From an uncultured Eubacteriales bacterium (GTDB lineage: Bacteria; Bacillota; Clostridia; Oscillospirales; Acutalibacteraceae): a stretch of DNA of 64,000 nt. A program made the position numbers and the translations under genes. The notes beneath the pieces are model-generated. The model was not told the origin of the DNA. It worked only from the letters and a program-made list of their open reading frames with translations, and did no database searches. Below, piece after piece: positions 26,127 to 36,423 of the stretch (position 1 is its first letter; every line of letters begins with the position of its first letter). The stretch is from contig CAKSYX010000003.1 of assembly GCA_934525065.1 (NCBI GenBank), positions 27,543 to 91,542 on the forward strand, written 5' to 3'.

Positions 26127-26157
26127 AACAATAGTATTATAAACGAGGTGATGAATA

Positions 26158-27177
26158 ATGTCAATTCTTGTTACCGGAGGTGCCGGATTTATCGGCTCCC
26201 ATACCTGTGTCGAACTGCTCAAGGCAGGGTATGACGTGGTTGTTGTTGACAACTTCTATAACAGCAAGCGCGAAGCTCTCAGAAGAATCGCGGAGCTTGC
26301 AAAAAAACAGTTCGCTTTCTATCGCTGTGACATCCGCGATGAGGCCGGACTTGACAAGGTCTTTAAAAGCGAAAAGATTGACGCCGTGATTCATTTTGCG
26401 GGCCTCAAGTGTGTTCCCGAATCCTGCAAAAAGCCGCTTGAATATTACGACAACAATATCGGCGGAACGCTCACCCTTTGCCGGGTGATGAGAAACAACG
26501 GCTGCAAGCGCATTGTTTTCAGCTCTTCGGCAACCGTTTACGGAATGAACAACGTCTCTCCGCTCAAGGAAACCATGCCGACAGGCGGAACCACCAATCC
26601 CTACGGCACAACAAAGTATATGATCGAGCTCATCCTCAAGGATCTCTATACTTCTGACAACGAGTGGTCGATCAGCCTTCTGCGCTACTTCAATCCCATC
26701 GGTGCGCACGAAAGCGGAAGAATCGGCGAAGACCCGAACGGGATTCCCAACAACCTCATGCCGTATATCACTCAGGTTGCGGTCGGAAAGCGCGAATTCC
26801 TCAACGTTTTCGGCGATGATTATGACACGCCGGACGGAACCGGAGTGCGCGATTACATTCACGTTGTTGACCTTGCGCTCGGCCACGTCAAGGCTGTTGC
26901 GAGGGTTCTTTCTCAGCGCGGCTGCGAGGCGATCAACCTCGGAACCGGCGTCGGTTACAGCGTTCTTGACGTTGTTCATGCTTTTGAAAAAGCAAGCGGC
27001 GTAAAAATCAACTATAAGATCGGTCCGCGCCGCGACGGCGATATTGCAACCTGCTATTCCGACCCGACCAAGGCCTATGAGCTGCTCGGCTGGAAAGCGG
27101 AACGCAGTCTTGAACAAATGTGCGCCGATTCATGGCGTTGGCAGAGTATGAATCCAAACGGATACCCTGATGAATAA
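26158..27177 (+). CDS. galE: UDP-glucose 4-epimerase
   Basis: MSILVTGGAGFIGSHTCVELL...YGTTKYMIE (YxxxK)...; full-length 339 aa. Confidence 0.9.
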   Translation: MSILVTGGAGFIGSHTCVELLKAGYDVVVVDNFYNSKREALRRIAELAKKQFAFYRCDIRDEAGLDKVFKSEKIDAVIHFAGLKCVPESCKKPLEYYDNNIGGTLTLCRVMRNNGCKRIVFSSSATVYGMNNVSPLKETMPTGGTTNPYGTTKYMIELILKDLYTSDNEWSISLLRYFNPIGAHESGRIGEDPNGIPNNLMPYITQVAVGKREFLNVFGDDYDTPDGTGVRDYIHVVDLALGHVKAVARVLSQRGCEAINLGTGVGYSVLDVVHAFEKASGVKINYKIGPRRDGDIATCYSDPTKAYELLGWKAERSLEQMCADSWRWQSMNPNGYPDE

Positions 27178-27257
27178 TAAAAAAAGGCTGTTCTGAAGTG
27201 AACTTTCCCGGATTGTGCATACAGTACAAAAACAGCCCGATTTGCAGAAAACTTAAT

Positions 27258-27381
27258 TTTAAGCAACAAACTGATTTCGCTTTTGGGCGGAGTCAGTTTT
27301 GTTTTAGTTTGAATACGGTAGTTGTTGAAGAAGTTGATGTGTTCGGATATGATGAGCCTCGCCCCATCATATCCGGAAAGC
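27258..27381 (-). pseudogene. IS3-family transposase C-terminal remnant
   Basis: Minus-strand translation SGYDGARLIISEHINFFNNYRIQTKTKLTPPKSEI resembles the ...I.YYN..R....L...SP...R tail of IS3/IS150 OrfB. It abuts element copy B. Confidence 0.4.
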
Positions 27382-27660
27382 TTAAGCTGAGGAGAGTCGA
27401 ACCCAATGCGCCTGAAGAATTTGTTTTTCCGCATATTGCGGCACTTTTTGGTACGCTTACGTCAGTATGGCTTCGCCAAAGAAGCAGCACACTGCACGAA
27501 AAAACAAGCCCTTCAGGTGCGAAGCAGTTTTTAAAGAGAATTTTTGTCGAGACAAGGCAAAAAGGTGAGTAATGCCGGCGCATTGCGAGGCCTTTTTAAC
27601 GCAGTATCGGCGGAAATTTACCTTAAAAAACCGCATCGGGTTCGATTCCCCTCAGCTTAA
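27382..27660 (-). repeat. modular TIR-closed intergenic element, copy B (279 nt, inverted orientation, carries both internal modules)
   Basis: TTAAGCTGAGGAGAGTCGAACCCAATGCG ... CGCATCGGGTTCGATTCCCCTCAGCTTAA. The interior contains both the A-specific module and the C-specific module. Confidence 0.85.
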
Positions 27661-27666
27661 CTCTTT

Positions 27667-27766
27667 GGATATATTCCGTGGCACAAAAAAACCTCCCATG
27701 GCAGTTATTTTAATTCTGCCATAGGAGGCTGCTTTTTTCTATTGTCTTTTTTACGGACCGGTTCAG
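27667..27766. repeat. ~100-nt hairpin repeat (copy 2 of 2)
   Basis: Near-identical to 19655-19762. Hairpin at 27692-27728. Lies immediately after the stop of the minus-strand aminotransferase gene. Confidence 0.8.
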
Positions 27767-27778
27767 TTTTCTTTATAT

Positions 27779-28948
27779 TTATCCGCCGCAGACAGCAGCT
27801 CTGAAGCGTTCAAGAACCTCTTCAAGAACCGACTTCGGCACGGCGATATTCAGCCTGACAAAGCCTTCGCCTTCTTTTCCGAACCATGTGCCCATAGTCG
27901 GAACAATTTTGACCTTTTCGGTAAAGAAGCGTTCCAGCTTCTCTTCCTCAAGGCCGAGGAAGGAAACATTGAGCCATGCAAGATAGGTGCCCTCATGCTT
28001 TGCAATAAAAGCCTGAGGAATATTCTTCCTGAGGTACTCGTCAAGAAAACGGAAGTTTTCTCCGACAACCGCATTCATTTCGTCAAGCCAGCCGTCACAT
28101 TCCGTATAAGCGGCGACAGTCGCCGGGTAGGCGGCGCAGTTGATGCAGGAATAGCCGTCGTGTTCGATCTGCGCGGAAAATTCGAGCCTGAGTTCTTCGT
28201 TCGCAATAATTATGTTTGAAGTTGAAAGCCCTGCAATATTGAAAGATTTTGAGGCAGCGGTGCAAACGATTGCATTTTCGCTAAAGCGGCTGTCAACGCT
28301 TGTAAAAACGCTGTGAGGAACGTTACAGATGTCAAAATGAATTTCATCGGAAATTACAAGTACCGAGTTTTTAAGGCAGATTTCGCCGACACGGCGAAGC
28401 TCCTCTTCTGTCCAAACTCTGCCGACCGGGTTATGCGGCGAGCAGAGAATGAGCAGCTTGTTGTTCTCGTCTTTGCAAAGCTCTTCAAGCTCTTCAAGGT
28501 TCATCGTGTAACAGCCGTCCTTCAAAACCAAGGCATTGTTCACAACGCGGCGGCGGTTGTTTTCAACCGCGGCGGTGAACGGACGGTAGACAGGGCGTTG
28601 AATGATTACGCCGTCCCCCTCATTTGTGAAGGCGCGCACAGCCGTGTTGATAGCTGCAACAATACCATAGGTCGGAACTATCCACTGAGGCTCGATATGC
28701 CAGTTATGGCGGCGTTCCATGAAGTCGCATACGGTACGCCGGTATTTTTTGTCAGGGCCGGTGTAGCAGAAAAAGCCCCTTTGCGCAAAGGCGGAAACCG
28801 CGTCACGAACAGGCTGCGGCGCTGCGAACTCCATGTCTGCCGTTGAAAACGGAAAAGCGTTTTCGTTTTTGCCCCCCGCTTCGCAGGAAGCCCATTTGAG
28901 CGAACCGGTATTGCATCGGTTCACAACGGTTGAAAAATCGTTCTTCAT
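27779..28948 (-). CDS. PLP-dependent C-S lyase / aminotransferase (MalY/PatB family)
   Basis: Start at MKNDFSTVVNRCNTGSLKW (RBS AAAGGAG). Class I/II aminotransferase fold with AASKSFNIAGL (PLP-Lys). Confidence 0.8.
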   Translation of the reverse strand: MKNDFSTVVNRCNTGSLKWASCEAGGKNENAFPFSTADMEFAAPQPVRDAVSAFAQRGFFCYTGPDKKYRRTVCDFMERRHNWHIEPQWIVPTYGIVAAINTAVRAFTNEGDGVIIQRPVYRPFTAAVENNRRRVVNNALVLKDGCYTMNLEELEELCKDENNKLLILCSPHNPVGRVWTEEELRRVGEICLKNSVLVISDEIHFDICNVPHSVFTSVDSRFSENAIVCTAASKSFNIAGLSTSNIIIANEELRLEFSAQIEHDGYSCINCAAYPATVAAYTECDGWLDEMNAVVGENFRFLDEYLRKNIPQAFIAKHEGTYLAWLNVSFLGLEEEKLERFFTEKVKIVPTMGTWFGKEGEGFVRLNIAVPKSVLEEVLERFRAAVCGG

Positions 28949-29082
28949 TTCTTCTTTTCTCCTTTTTTGCCGCTTAAGCGGCTGCCGAATCGACTGTAAC
29001 ATACTTTTGAGGGAAAGTCAATAAGCGAAAAGCAAAGTCCGGCATACGGCTCAAAAAGAGAACCGCGCACCGGACTGTTTTG

Positions 29083-29619
29083 TCAGGCAACAAAATGCTC
29101 AACGTCAATAAACATATATTTTTGTCCGCCCTCGTCATACTGAGCAAGCTTTCCTACCATTGAAACGGTCGAGTAATCCTCAATGTTCTCCGGCACTTTA
29201 TCACCGTAAAACTCAATATTCCACGCTGCGCAGCAGCCGGTATCATCATAGCCGAAAGCAATATTATAATCCTTGCCGGTTTCATCGCTGTGAAATTTCT
29301 GATAGGTTGCCGTTAATCTGACGGTTTTTCCGATGTAGTCCCCGGGTGAGTTATATATTGAGGACATCTGAGCCGTTGTCATCGTCTTATTCATTGAAGA
29401 AAAATCAAGGTCAACATCATACTTTTCAAGCTCCTTCGCCTTTTGAATTTTCTCCTCTTCGGCGTCCGCATTTTCTGTGACAGGAAGAGTTGAACCGTTT
29501 GAAATCAGCGCGGAATCCGATCCGTTTGAAGACGAAAAGGTATCAGCTGCGTTTTGTCCGCAGGCACAAAGAGAAAGGGAAATTATCACAAACAGAGCAA
29601 GAACAAAAATTCTTTTCAT
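29083..29619 (-). CDS. uncharacterised lipoprotein translationally coupled to the metal ABC permease
   Basis: Lipobox LSLCAC|G. The ATGA overlap joins it to the upstream permease stop. Contains DDTGCCAAW (adjacent Cys pair). Confidence 0.65.
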   Translation of the reverse strand: MKRIFVLALFVIISLSLCACGQNAADTFSSSNGSDSALISNGSTLPVTENADAEEEKIQKAKELEKYDVDLDFSSMNKTMTTAQMSSIYNSPGDYIGKTVRLTATYQKFHSDETGKDYNIAFGYDDTGCCAAWNIEFYGDKVPENIEDYSTVSMVGKLAQYDEGGQKYMFIDVEHFVA

Positions 29620-30458
29620 TTTCTTGTACCTCCTTTAAGTACGTCAATAATTATACAGATAATGAATACCGCAAGTTCGAACGCAACAATTGTTGAGCCG
29701 ACCGGCGTCGAATAAAGAATGGAGACGAGGATTCCTCCTACGGCGCAGACAACGGAAAGCACCGCCGCACAAAGCATTACGCCGCGAAAGCTTTTAAAGA
29801 GCCGCATCGAGCAGAGGGCAGGAAAAACGATAAGCGCGGAAATCAGCAGCGCACCGATAAGATTCACAGCAAGCACAATAACAATTGCAGTCGTCACAGC
29901 AAGAACCGCATTGTATACCGAACATTTCGTTCCGACAGCAGCCGTAAAAGTTTCGTCAAAGGTCACGGCGAAGATTTTATTATAAAACAGCGCAAAGACC
30001 GCAACAACAAGCAGAGTCAGCGCAACACAAGCGGCAACATCGCCTTTTTTGAGCGTTAGAATCGATGTTGAGCCAAAGAGAATACTGCAAACGTCTCCGC
30101 TCAGGTTGGTTGTCTTTTTTGAAAAGATATTTAAAACCAGATATCCAAGCGCAAGAGCAGAAACCGAAATGACTGCAACGCCGCTGTCCCCGCCAAGCTT
30201 TGAACGTCCGCCGCGAAGCAGCAGAACAGAGACGGCAATTGTTGCCGGGAGCGAAACATAAAGCGGCGTGACCGAAAGCACCATTGCGACCGTTGTTGCA
30301 CCGAAAGCAACATGGGAAAGCCCGTCTCCGATGAGCGAATACCTGCGCAAAACGAGCGTTACGCCGAGAAGTGCAGCGCAAAGCGCAATGAGCACACCGG
30401 CAACAAGTGCATAAAGAACAAAATCATATTGCAGATAGGAAAAAAACTTTTCAAGCAT
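29616..30458 (-). CDS. znuB: metal (Zn/Mn) ABC transporter permease (ABC-3 family)
   Basis: Start at MLEKFFSYLQYDFVLYALVAG, overlapping the ATPase stop. About 8 TM helices; ABC-3 pattern. Confidence 0.8.
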   Translation of the reverse strand: MLEKFFSYLQYDFVLYALVAGVLIALCAALLGVTLVLRRYSLIGDGLSHVAFGATTVAMVLSVTPLYVSLPATIAVSVLLLRGGRSKLGGDSGVAVISVSALALGYLVLNIFSKKTTNLSGDVCSILFGSTSILTLKKGDVAACVALTLLVVAVFALFYNKIFAVTFDETFTAAVGTKCSVYNAVLAVTTAIVIVLAVNLIGALLISALIVFPALCSMRLFKSFRGVMLCAAVLSVVCAVGGILVSILYSTPVGSTIVAFELAVFIICIIIDVLKGGTRK

Positions 30459-31170
30459 TGCTTTCCTCCCCCTTTCCGGAAAACGAGGCAAAGTGTGCGC
30501 TTTTTCTGTATTCCTCAACCGTTCCGAAAAAGCATCCCGCGTGTGTGATCTGAAGAATATGGGTTGAATATTTTAAGGCCGCGTCAAGGTCGTGCGAAAT
30601 CATAATAACAGACATTTCGTTCTCCTTGTTGAGCGAGCTTATAAGCGAATACATACTCTTTGTAACAAACGGGTCAAGGCCGGCAGTCGGCTCATCAAGA
30701 AGAATGAGCCGTTCTGCGGCGCAGAGAGCCCTGGCAAGCAGAACACGCTGCTGCTGACCGCCGGAAAGTGCTTTATAGCTCTTGTTTTTGAGCGCTTCAA
30801 TTTCAAGCCTGCTCAGCCACGCAAGTGCCTGCTGCTTTTGAACCTTTGAATAAAACGGGCAAAGACCCCTTTTTGAAACAAAACCCGAAAGGACAATTTC
30901 AAAAGCCGTTGCCGGAAAACCCTTTTGAACCTCCGTCTGTTGCGGAAGATACCCTATGCGTCCTTTCAGAAGTGATTTTTCAATTTCCAATTTTCCGGAA
31001 AGAGGTGCTTTGAGCGAGAGGATAGTTTTCATAAGGGTGCTCTTTCCCGCTCCGTTTTCGCCGACAACGGAAAGGTAATCGCCGCTGTTCACCGTGAAGC
31101 TGATGTTTTTTGCAACACTTTTTCCCTCATAGCCAACGCTTAGACTTTCTGCGGTAAGAAGTCGCATCAT
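30451..31170 (-). CDS. znuC: metal ABC transporter ATP-binding protein
   Basis: Walker A GENGAGKST, signature LSGGQQQR, Walker B LILLDEP. The ATGA overlap joins it to the SBP stop. Confidence 0.85.
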   Translation of the reverse strand: MMRLLTAESLSVGYEGKSVAKNISFTVNSGDYLSVVGENGAGKSTLMKTILSLKAPLSGKLEIEKSLLKGRIGYLPQQTEVQKGFPATAFEIVLSGFVSKRGLCPFYSKVQKQQALAWLSRLEIEALKNKSYKALSGGQQQRVLLARALCAAERLILLDEPTAGLDPFVTKSMYSLISSLNKENEMSVIMISHDLDAALKYSTHILQITHAGCFFGTVEEYRKSAHFASFSGKGEESNA

Positions 31171-32147
31171 TTGAGCACCTCCCCGAGAACAGCAAGATTT
31201 TCCTCCATAATTGAAAGATAAGTTACACCGTTTTCTATCTCCTCTTGTGAAACGCTCTGACAAGAATTGAGCGTTTTTATTTTTGCTACGCTCCGGTCTG
31301 CCACGGTTTCGGCAACCGCACCGTCCGAACCATCAATTTTAAGGACATATTTTAAGACGTTTTCCTTCACCTTTTCTGAAAGAAATGCTATTGTCTCAAA
31401 GCTTGCCTGCGTTTCAGCCGAACAGCCGGCAAAAGCAGCAAAACATTCAAGTGAATAATCATCGGCAAGATATCTAAACGGAAAACGATCGGCAAAAACA
31501 AGAACCTTCTGCGCTGCTCCTGAAATTGTTTCCGAATACCTCTTTTCAAGCGCGGACAGTTTTTCTATGTAGGCAGAAGCATTTTCTTTATATTTTTCCG
31601 CATTTCTTTTGTCAAGAGCACAGAGCTTCTTCTCAATTGCAGAAACTATTGTCTGAGCATTTCTAAGCGACGTCCAGACGTGTTCGTCAAGCTCCTTTTC
31701 GTGCCCTTCACCTTCCCCGTGCTCATGCTCCTCTTCCGCGCCTTCAATTTCCTTTTCCTCCTTGGCTTCAACGGTGTCTATAAGCGAGAGCACCTGCGGT
31801 GCTTCGTCACCGAGCGTTGAAAGAACATCGTCTGCCCATTTATCCGATTCTCCGCCGACATCAATGAACAGATCGCAATTTTTAATTTTGAGAATATCCT
31901 GAGCGTTCGGTTTATAGCTATGAAGGTCAACCTTGCTTTTCAAAAGCAGCTCAAGCTCAATTTGATTTCCGGTAATTTCACGAACAAAATCATATTGCGG
32001 AAAAATTGAGCAGACGACCGAAAGCCTTTTTTCGCCGGAAGCTGCCGAAGAGTCGGTCGCCCTTTCAGGCTCATTATCTTTCGCACATGCGCAAAAAAGA
32101 GAGAGGGCAAAAGTTAAAACCAAGAAAATTGCTGTTATTTTTTTCAT
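31167..32147 (-). CDS. znuA: metal ABC transporter substrate-binding lipoprotein with His/Glu-rich loop (ZnuA/AdcA-like)
   Basis: Lipobox LFCAC. Loop EEEHEHGEGEGHEKELDEHVW is typical of zinc-specific cluster-9 SBPs. Confidence 0.8.
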   Translation of the reverse strand: MKKITAIFLVLTFALSLFCACAKDNEPERATDSSAASGEKRLSVVCSIFPQYDFVREITGNQIELELLLKSKVDLHSYKPNAQDILKIKNCDLFIDVGGESDKWADDVLSTLGDEAPQVLSLIDTVEAKEEKEIEGAEEEHEHGEGEGHEKELDEHVWTSLRNAQTIVSAIEKKLCALDKRNAEKYKENASAYIEKLSALEKRYSETISGAAQKVLVFADRFPFRYLADDYSLECFAAFAGCSAETQASFETIAFLSEKVKENVLKYVLKIDGSDGAVAETVADRSVAKIKTLNSCQSVSQEEIENGVTYLSIMEENLAVLGEVLK

Positions 32148-32346
32148 AACAAAGCTCCTTTATTCTAAAAAATAAAATTGTGTAACAGAATAAAAGCAAG
32201 CTTTCTCGCGCAAAAACCGCGGCCAAGCCTCAGCAAAGGGAGACTGCCCCTTACTGTGGCCAAAAAAGCTTGCCAAAGCCAACGAAAAGAAAAGCCTTCA
32301 CACACCCATTGCGGCGCACTAAGCTGACTTTTCGCCGGCAAATTAT

Positions 32347-32655
32347 TCACATTGTAATTTTAATTTTGAGAGTAACAGGAGTTTCATTAACCTGCTTCGC
32401 AGGAAATTCTTTTGAAAACGGCAAGAAGCGCCCTTTCCGAATAAAAATCAGCAAACAGAAAACAACAGCTGCCAAACCGACCGAGCTGAAAAGACTCCGC
32501 GCAAAATTTACAACAGCGCAAACAGCACAGCCTGCTTCAGGACAAATATGCGTTGAGTTATGCTCCGGAAAGGCGAAAAGAGAAAAAACAAGCGCAAAGG
32601 AGGAAATGAGTGCCAAAACGAGAGCCAGTGCAACAACTCGGTTGAACGTCTTCAT
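32347..32655 (-). CDS. small membrane protein with H-x-C-x4-C-x2-C motif (hypothetical)
   Basis: 102-aa ORF with two TM helices flanking EHNSTHICPEAGCAVC. The SD (AAAGGA) abuts the ATG with almost no spacer, so translation is uncertain. Confidence 0.4.
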   Translation of the reverse strand: MKTFNRVVALALVLALISSFALVFSLFAFPEHNSTHICPEAGCAVCAVVNFARSLFSSVGLAAVVFCLLIFIRKGRFLPFSKEFPAKQVNETPVTLKIKITM

Positions 32656-32695
32656 TCCTTTTCGCCTGCCTTTTTTCTAAAATTCAGATAAATTG

Positions 32696-32724
32696 AGTAT
32701 ACCATACAAGTAAAGCCATGTCAA
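32696..32724 (-). promoter_or_regulatory. sigma-A promoter (extended -10)
   Basis: Minus strand reads TTGACA (32719-32724), 17 nt, TGgTATACT (-10 at 32696-32701). Confidence 0.55.
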
Positions 32725-32731
32725 ACAGAAA

Positions 32732-35700
32732 TTACTCTCCGCTGTTTTCCTTTGTTTCGCCTTCGGCGTTCTTTTTTTCGGCGTTTTTGGCCGATTCAAG
32801 AATTTTCAGCACCTCATCGAGCGTCCGGGTCGCCGTGCGGTCGGAAAGCTTGACCGAAAGATACGGCTTTGTTTTTGCCGCGCTTACCATAACTCTGCCG
32901 CGCATCAGCTTTGAAAGCATTGCAAGCGAAAGCGGTTCGATTTTCCGGAGGTAAACCAGCAAAACCGCGCCGCGCTGAGAAATCTCATAGATACCGAGAG
33001 AAATGCAGCGGTTGCGAATGAGCGCAATATCAATAAGACCGAGAACCGTTTTCGGCGGTTCGCCAAAACGATCGATCAGCTCGTCAATAACGTCCTGAGC
33101 GTCCTCCTTTGTTTTGACACAGGCGATCCGCTTATACATGAACAGTCTGTTCTTGACCGAGTCAATATAGCTTTCCGGAATATGCGCATCAACGGCGATG
33201 TCAATGAGGCATTCGGCGTCCTCATCCATGGGTACATCGGTACCGCCGGCCTTGCTGCTTTCAACCGCTTCGGAAAGCAGTTTGAGGTACATATCATAAC
33301 CGACAGCCTCCATGTGTCCGTGCTGCTGTGCACCGAGGACATTGCCTGCGCCGCGGATTTCAAGGTCGCGCATTGCAATCCTGAAGCCTGAGCCGAACTC
33401 GGTATATTCGCGTATTGCGGAAAGTCTGCGCTCCGCTTCCGGCGAAAGCTGCTTTCCGGGGTTATAGGTCAGATAGGCAAAGGCGCGCCTTGCGCTGCGG
33501 CCGACTCTGCCGCGTATCTGATGCAGTTGAGCAAGGCCGAGACGGTCTGCGTTTTCAATAATGAGCGTGTTCGCGTTCGGAACGTCAACGCCGGTTTCGA
33601 TTATGGTCGTGCAAACAAGAACATCAATTTCTCCCTCAAGAAGCTGTCTCCAAACTTCGCTGAGCTCCTCCTCACCCATTTTTCCGTGGCCGATTCCGAC
33701 CCTTGCCTGCGGCAGACGCTCCCTGAGCTCGGCGGCGGTTTTTTCAATCGTGCCGGTTCTGTTGTGCAGATAATATACTTGACCTCCGCGGCGAAGCTCA
33801 CGCTCAATCGCCTCGCAAAGAACGTCCATGTCCTGCGGAACAACGTAGGTCTGAACCGGGTGGCGGTCAAGCGGCGGCATCTCAAGCACCGACATATCGC
33901 GTATTCCTGTCATTGCCATGTTGAGCGTACGCGGAATCGGTGTTGCCGAAAGCGTCAGAACATCAACTCCCGGAAATTTTTCCTTGAGCTTTTCCTTTTG
34001 CGCAACGCCGAAGCGCTGCTCCTCGTCAACGATGAGAAGGCCGAGGTCTTTGAACTCAACGCCGCGCGCAATAATTGAATGAGTGCCGACAACAAGGTCA
34101 ATCCCGCCGCTTTTGAGCCGCTTTTTGATCTTCGTCCGTTCGGAGGTACTCCGGAAGCGCGAGAGCATTTCAACCTCAAGCGGGAAACCGTCAAAGCGCT
34201 TTTTAATCGTTTGATAATGCTGAAAAGCGAGGATCGTTGTCGGAACAAGAACGGCGCATTGCTTTCCGTCCGCAACGCACTTGAAAGCGGCACGCAGCGC
34301 AACCTCGGTCTTACCGAAGCCTACATCACCGCAAAGGAGCCTATCCATCGGTGACTGCCGCTCCATGTCTTTTTTAATTTCATTGATTGCAACGAGCTGG
34401 TCGTCTGTTTCTTCAAACTCAAACCTGCGCTCAAAGTCGTTTTGCATATCAATGTCCTGAGAAAAAGCAAAGCCCTTTGCAGAAAGCCGCTTTGAATAAA
34501 GCTCTGTGAGCTTTGCCGCCATATCGCCGACTGCGGCGCGAACCTTTGATTTGGTCTTTTTCCATTCATCCGAACCGAGGCGGTTGAGCTTGACAGCGCG
34601 GTCGGTATCCTTTGGAGAAATATATTTTGAAACAAGGTCGAGCTGCGTTACGGGAACATAAAGGACATCATTTCCGCGATAGTTAATTTTAATAAAATCC
34701 TTTGTTGCAGACTCAACCTTCATGCTTTTAATTCCGTCAAAAATACCGATTCCGTAGACGGAGTGAACAACGTAATCGCCGCGGGATAGCTCTTCAAGGC
34801 TCGCAATGCCCTTTCCGCCGGAGAAACGCTTTTTGATTTTCCGCTTTACCGCCGTAGCCTTCCTTGAAAGCGAAAACAATTCAAATTCTGCGTTAGGATA
34901 TCCGAAGCCCGAACCGACAGAGCCTGAAATAACGTTGACCGATTTCGGTGAAAATTCGGCCGGGATCACCGGGTAATAATGAGCCTCAACGCCTTCGGTT
35001 CCAAGGTCAAAAGCAAGCTCTTTTGAATTCTTTTCCGTTCCGGCGGCAACAACGCAGGTAAAGCCGCGTCTGAGATACGGCTCTATATCCTCAAGCAGAT
35101 AAGAAAGCGTTCCGTCCCAGCCGGAATTGACGGCGGCACTCACGCTGACAAGGCTCTTCACCGGAATGTCGAAGCTTCCCCTTGCAAGATTATCGGCAAA
35201 AACAGCCCCGCGGCTTTCATAAAGCGAAAACAGCTCGGCTGTTGTGAGCGCAAAGCGGTCAATGCCTTTCGTCAAAAAGCCGTCAACGGTCATCGCCTTG
35301 ATATCCTCATACAAAAGCTTGAGCGAGGACTCGGCCTTTTGCTTCACTCCGGAGCTTTCGCAAACAAAAAGCAAATCGCCTTTTGTGTAGTCAAAAACCG
35401 TCTCGGCCTTTTCATATGCCAACGGAAGATATCTGTCAAGACAGGAAAGGCGTATCCCGTTTTTAAGGCGCGTAATATCCTCTGAAATTGTTTCGCGGAT
35501 TTTCGAAGCACCTCGCCCCTTTATGCCCGAAAGAAAGCTCTCGAGCTTTTCGCGCAGAACATCATCGTTTTCAAAAAGAACCTCACCGGCAGGGGTTATC
35601 AAAACCTCGTCAAGAACATCGGTACGTCTTTGCGTTTCAAGGTCAAAGGCGGTCAGGCTGTCAACGGTATCTCCCCAGAATTCTGTTCTGACCGGGTCGC

Positions 35701-36259
35701 TCCTTCCCGGAGGAAAAAAGTCAACGATTCCGCCGCGCAGCGAAAACTGACCCACGCCGTCAACCTGTTCCGCACGAACGTAGCCGGCGAGAGTAAGCGC
35801 AAGAACAAGCTGAGCCTCTTCAATCTCCGCTCCCGTAGAAAGGTGCACACTGCGCCGTTTGAGTTCACTCCCCGGAACAGTGAACTGCATTGCTGCCTGA
35901 ACGCTGCAAACGATGTACTTATACTCACCGGAAAGAATTTTTGAAAGCACTCCGATCCTCTGCTGTTCATATTCCTTTGAGGAGCTGTCGGACGAACGGA
36001 AGTTCAAATCTCTCACCGGGAAATACAGCGCGCCGGAGGAAAAAACGTTAAAGTCATCGCAGAGCTTGAGAGCACTTGGCTCGTCGGCGCAGAGAACGAG
36101 GGCTTTTTTTCCCTCGTCTTCGCAAAGAGCGGAGATATAGTTCGCCTTGCAGACCGCCGGAAGACCGATTATTCCCATCGGCAGTTCCCTGCGCTCAAAG
36201 CTCCTTTTGACCGAGAGATATTCCTCGCTTTTTTGAAGGATTTTTGAAAAGCCGCCCAT
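32732..36259 (-). CDS. mfd: transcription-repair coupling factor
   Basis: Start reset to MGGFSKILQ (36259). UvrB-homology, CarD/TRCF and DEAD/DEAH helicase motifs are present ([33 protein letters not shown]). 1175 aa. Confidence 0.95.
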   Translation of the reverse strand: MGGFSKILQKSEEYLSVKRSFERRELPMGIIGLPAVCKANYISALCEDEGKKALVLCADEPSALKLCDDFNVFSSGALYFPVRDLNFRSSDSSSKEYEQQRIGVLSKILSGEYKYIVCSVQAAMQFTVPGSELKRRSVHLSTGAEIEEAQLVLALTLAGYVRAEQVDGVGQFSLRGGIVDFFPPGRSDPVRTEFWGDTVDSLTAFDLETQRRTDVLDEVLITPAGEVLFENDDVLREKLESFLSGIKGRGASKIRETISEDITRLKNGIRLSCLDRYLPLAYEKAETVFDYTKGDLLFVCESSGVKQKAESSLKLLYEDIKAMTVDGFLTKGIDRFALTTAELFSLYESRGAVFADNLARGSFDIPVKSLVSVSAAVNSGWDGTLSYLLEDIEPYLRRGFTCVVAAGTEKNSKELAFDLGTEGVEAHYYPVIPAEFSPKSVNVISGSVGSGFGYPNAEFELFSLSRKATAVKRKIKKRFSGGKGIASLEELSRGDYVVHSVYGIGIFDGIKSMKVESATKDFIKINYRGNDVLYVPVTQLDLVSKYISPKDTDRAVKLNRLGSDEWKKTKSKVRAAVGDMAAKLTELYSKRLSAKGFAFSQDIDMQNDFERRFEFEETDDQLVAINEIKKDMERQSPMDRLLCGDVGFGKTEVALRAAFKCVADGKQCAVLVPTTILAFQHYQTIKKRFDGFPLEVEMLSRFRSTSERTKIKKRLKSGGIDLVVGTHSIIARGVEFKDLGLLIVDEEQRFGVAQKEKLKEKFPGVDVLTLSATPIPRTLNMAMTGIRDMSVLEMPPLDRHPVQTYVVPQDMDVLCEAIERELRRGGQVYYLHNRTGTIEKTAAELRERLPQARVGIGHGKMGEEELSEVWRQLLEGEIDVLVCTTIIETGVDVPNANTLIIENADRLGLAQLHQIRGRVGRSARRAFAYLTYNPGKQLSPEAERRLSAIREYTEFGSGFRIAMRDLEIRGAGNVLGAQQHGHMEAVGYDMYLKLLSEAVESSKAGGTDVPMDEDAECLIDIAVDAHIPESYIDSVKNRLFMYKRIACVKTKEDAQDVIDELIDRFGEPPKTVLGLIDIALIRNRCISLGIYEISQRGAVLLVYLRKIEPLSLAMLSKLMRGRVMVSAAKTKPYLSVKLSDRTATRTLDEVLKILESAKNAEKKNAEGETKENSGE

Positions 36260-36423
36260 ATTACCATAGCCTTTCCGGCTACAAAAAAATAATGAAACCT
36301 CTATACACACCAAGTTGTAGCCGGACAAGGCGTGACGGTAATTCGTCCGGCTCAAAATTGTGCCGCAGGCAAATTTTGAGGGACATATTTTATAAGGGCA
36401 ATTTACGCCGAATTCTTTCGTTC

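Noticed and set aside
26084-26164. 27-aa N-terminal extension of rsmA
   Set aside because: It overlaps the galE promoter and start. AAGGAG plus ATG at 26083 gives the canonical RsmA N-terminus.
26161-27117. 318-aa antisense ORF across galE, and similar long shadow ORFs (37198-37941, 39487-40206, 41840-42556, 44262-45227, 47174-47938, 61970-62749, 11047-11640)
   Set aside because: Each lies fully antisense to a gene with clear family motifs. They lack RBSs and have Arg/Ser/Cys-rich junk composition typical of shadow frames in GC-rich coding DNA.
27198-27583. Track ORFs (124 aa plus-strand, 96 aa and 119 aa minus-strand) between galE and the aminotransferase gene
   Set aside because: They lie in repeat element B and an IS remnant. 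They have no RBS and their composition is dictated by repeat DNA. Only the short transposase-tail similarity is kept, as a pseudogene.
27630-27660. tRNA-like T-arm sequence GGGTTCGATTCCCC at the end of element B
   Set aside because: Only a 3-bp T-stem can form. There is no acceptor, D or anticodon arm upstream. The same sequence is simply the complement of the other inverted-repeat arm.
32148-32346. Zur/AdcR operator upstream of znuA
   Set aside because: I found no match to the TCGTAAT-N-ATTACGA or TTAACYRGTTAA consensus. Only a generic 7-bp inverted repeat is present.
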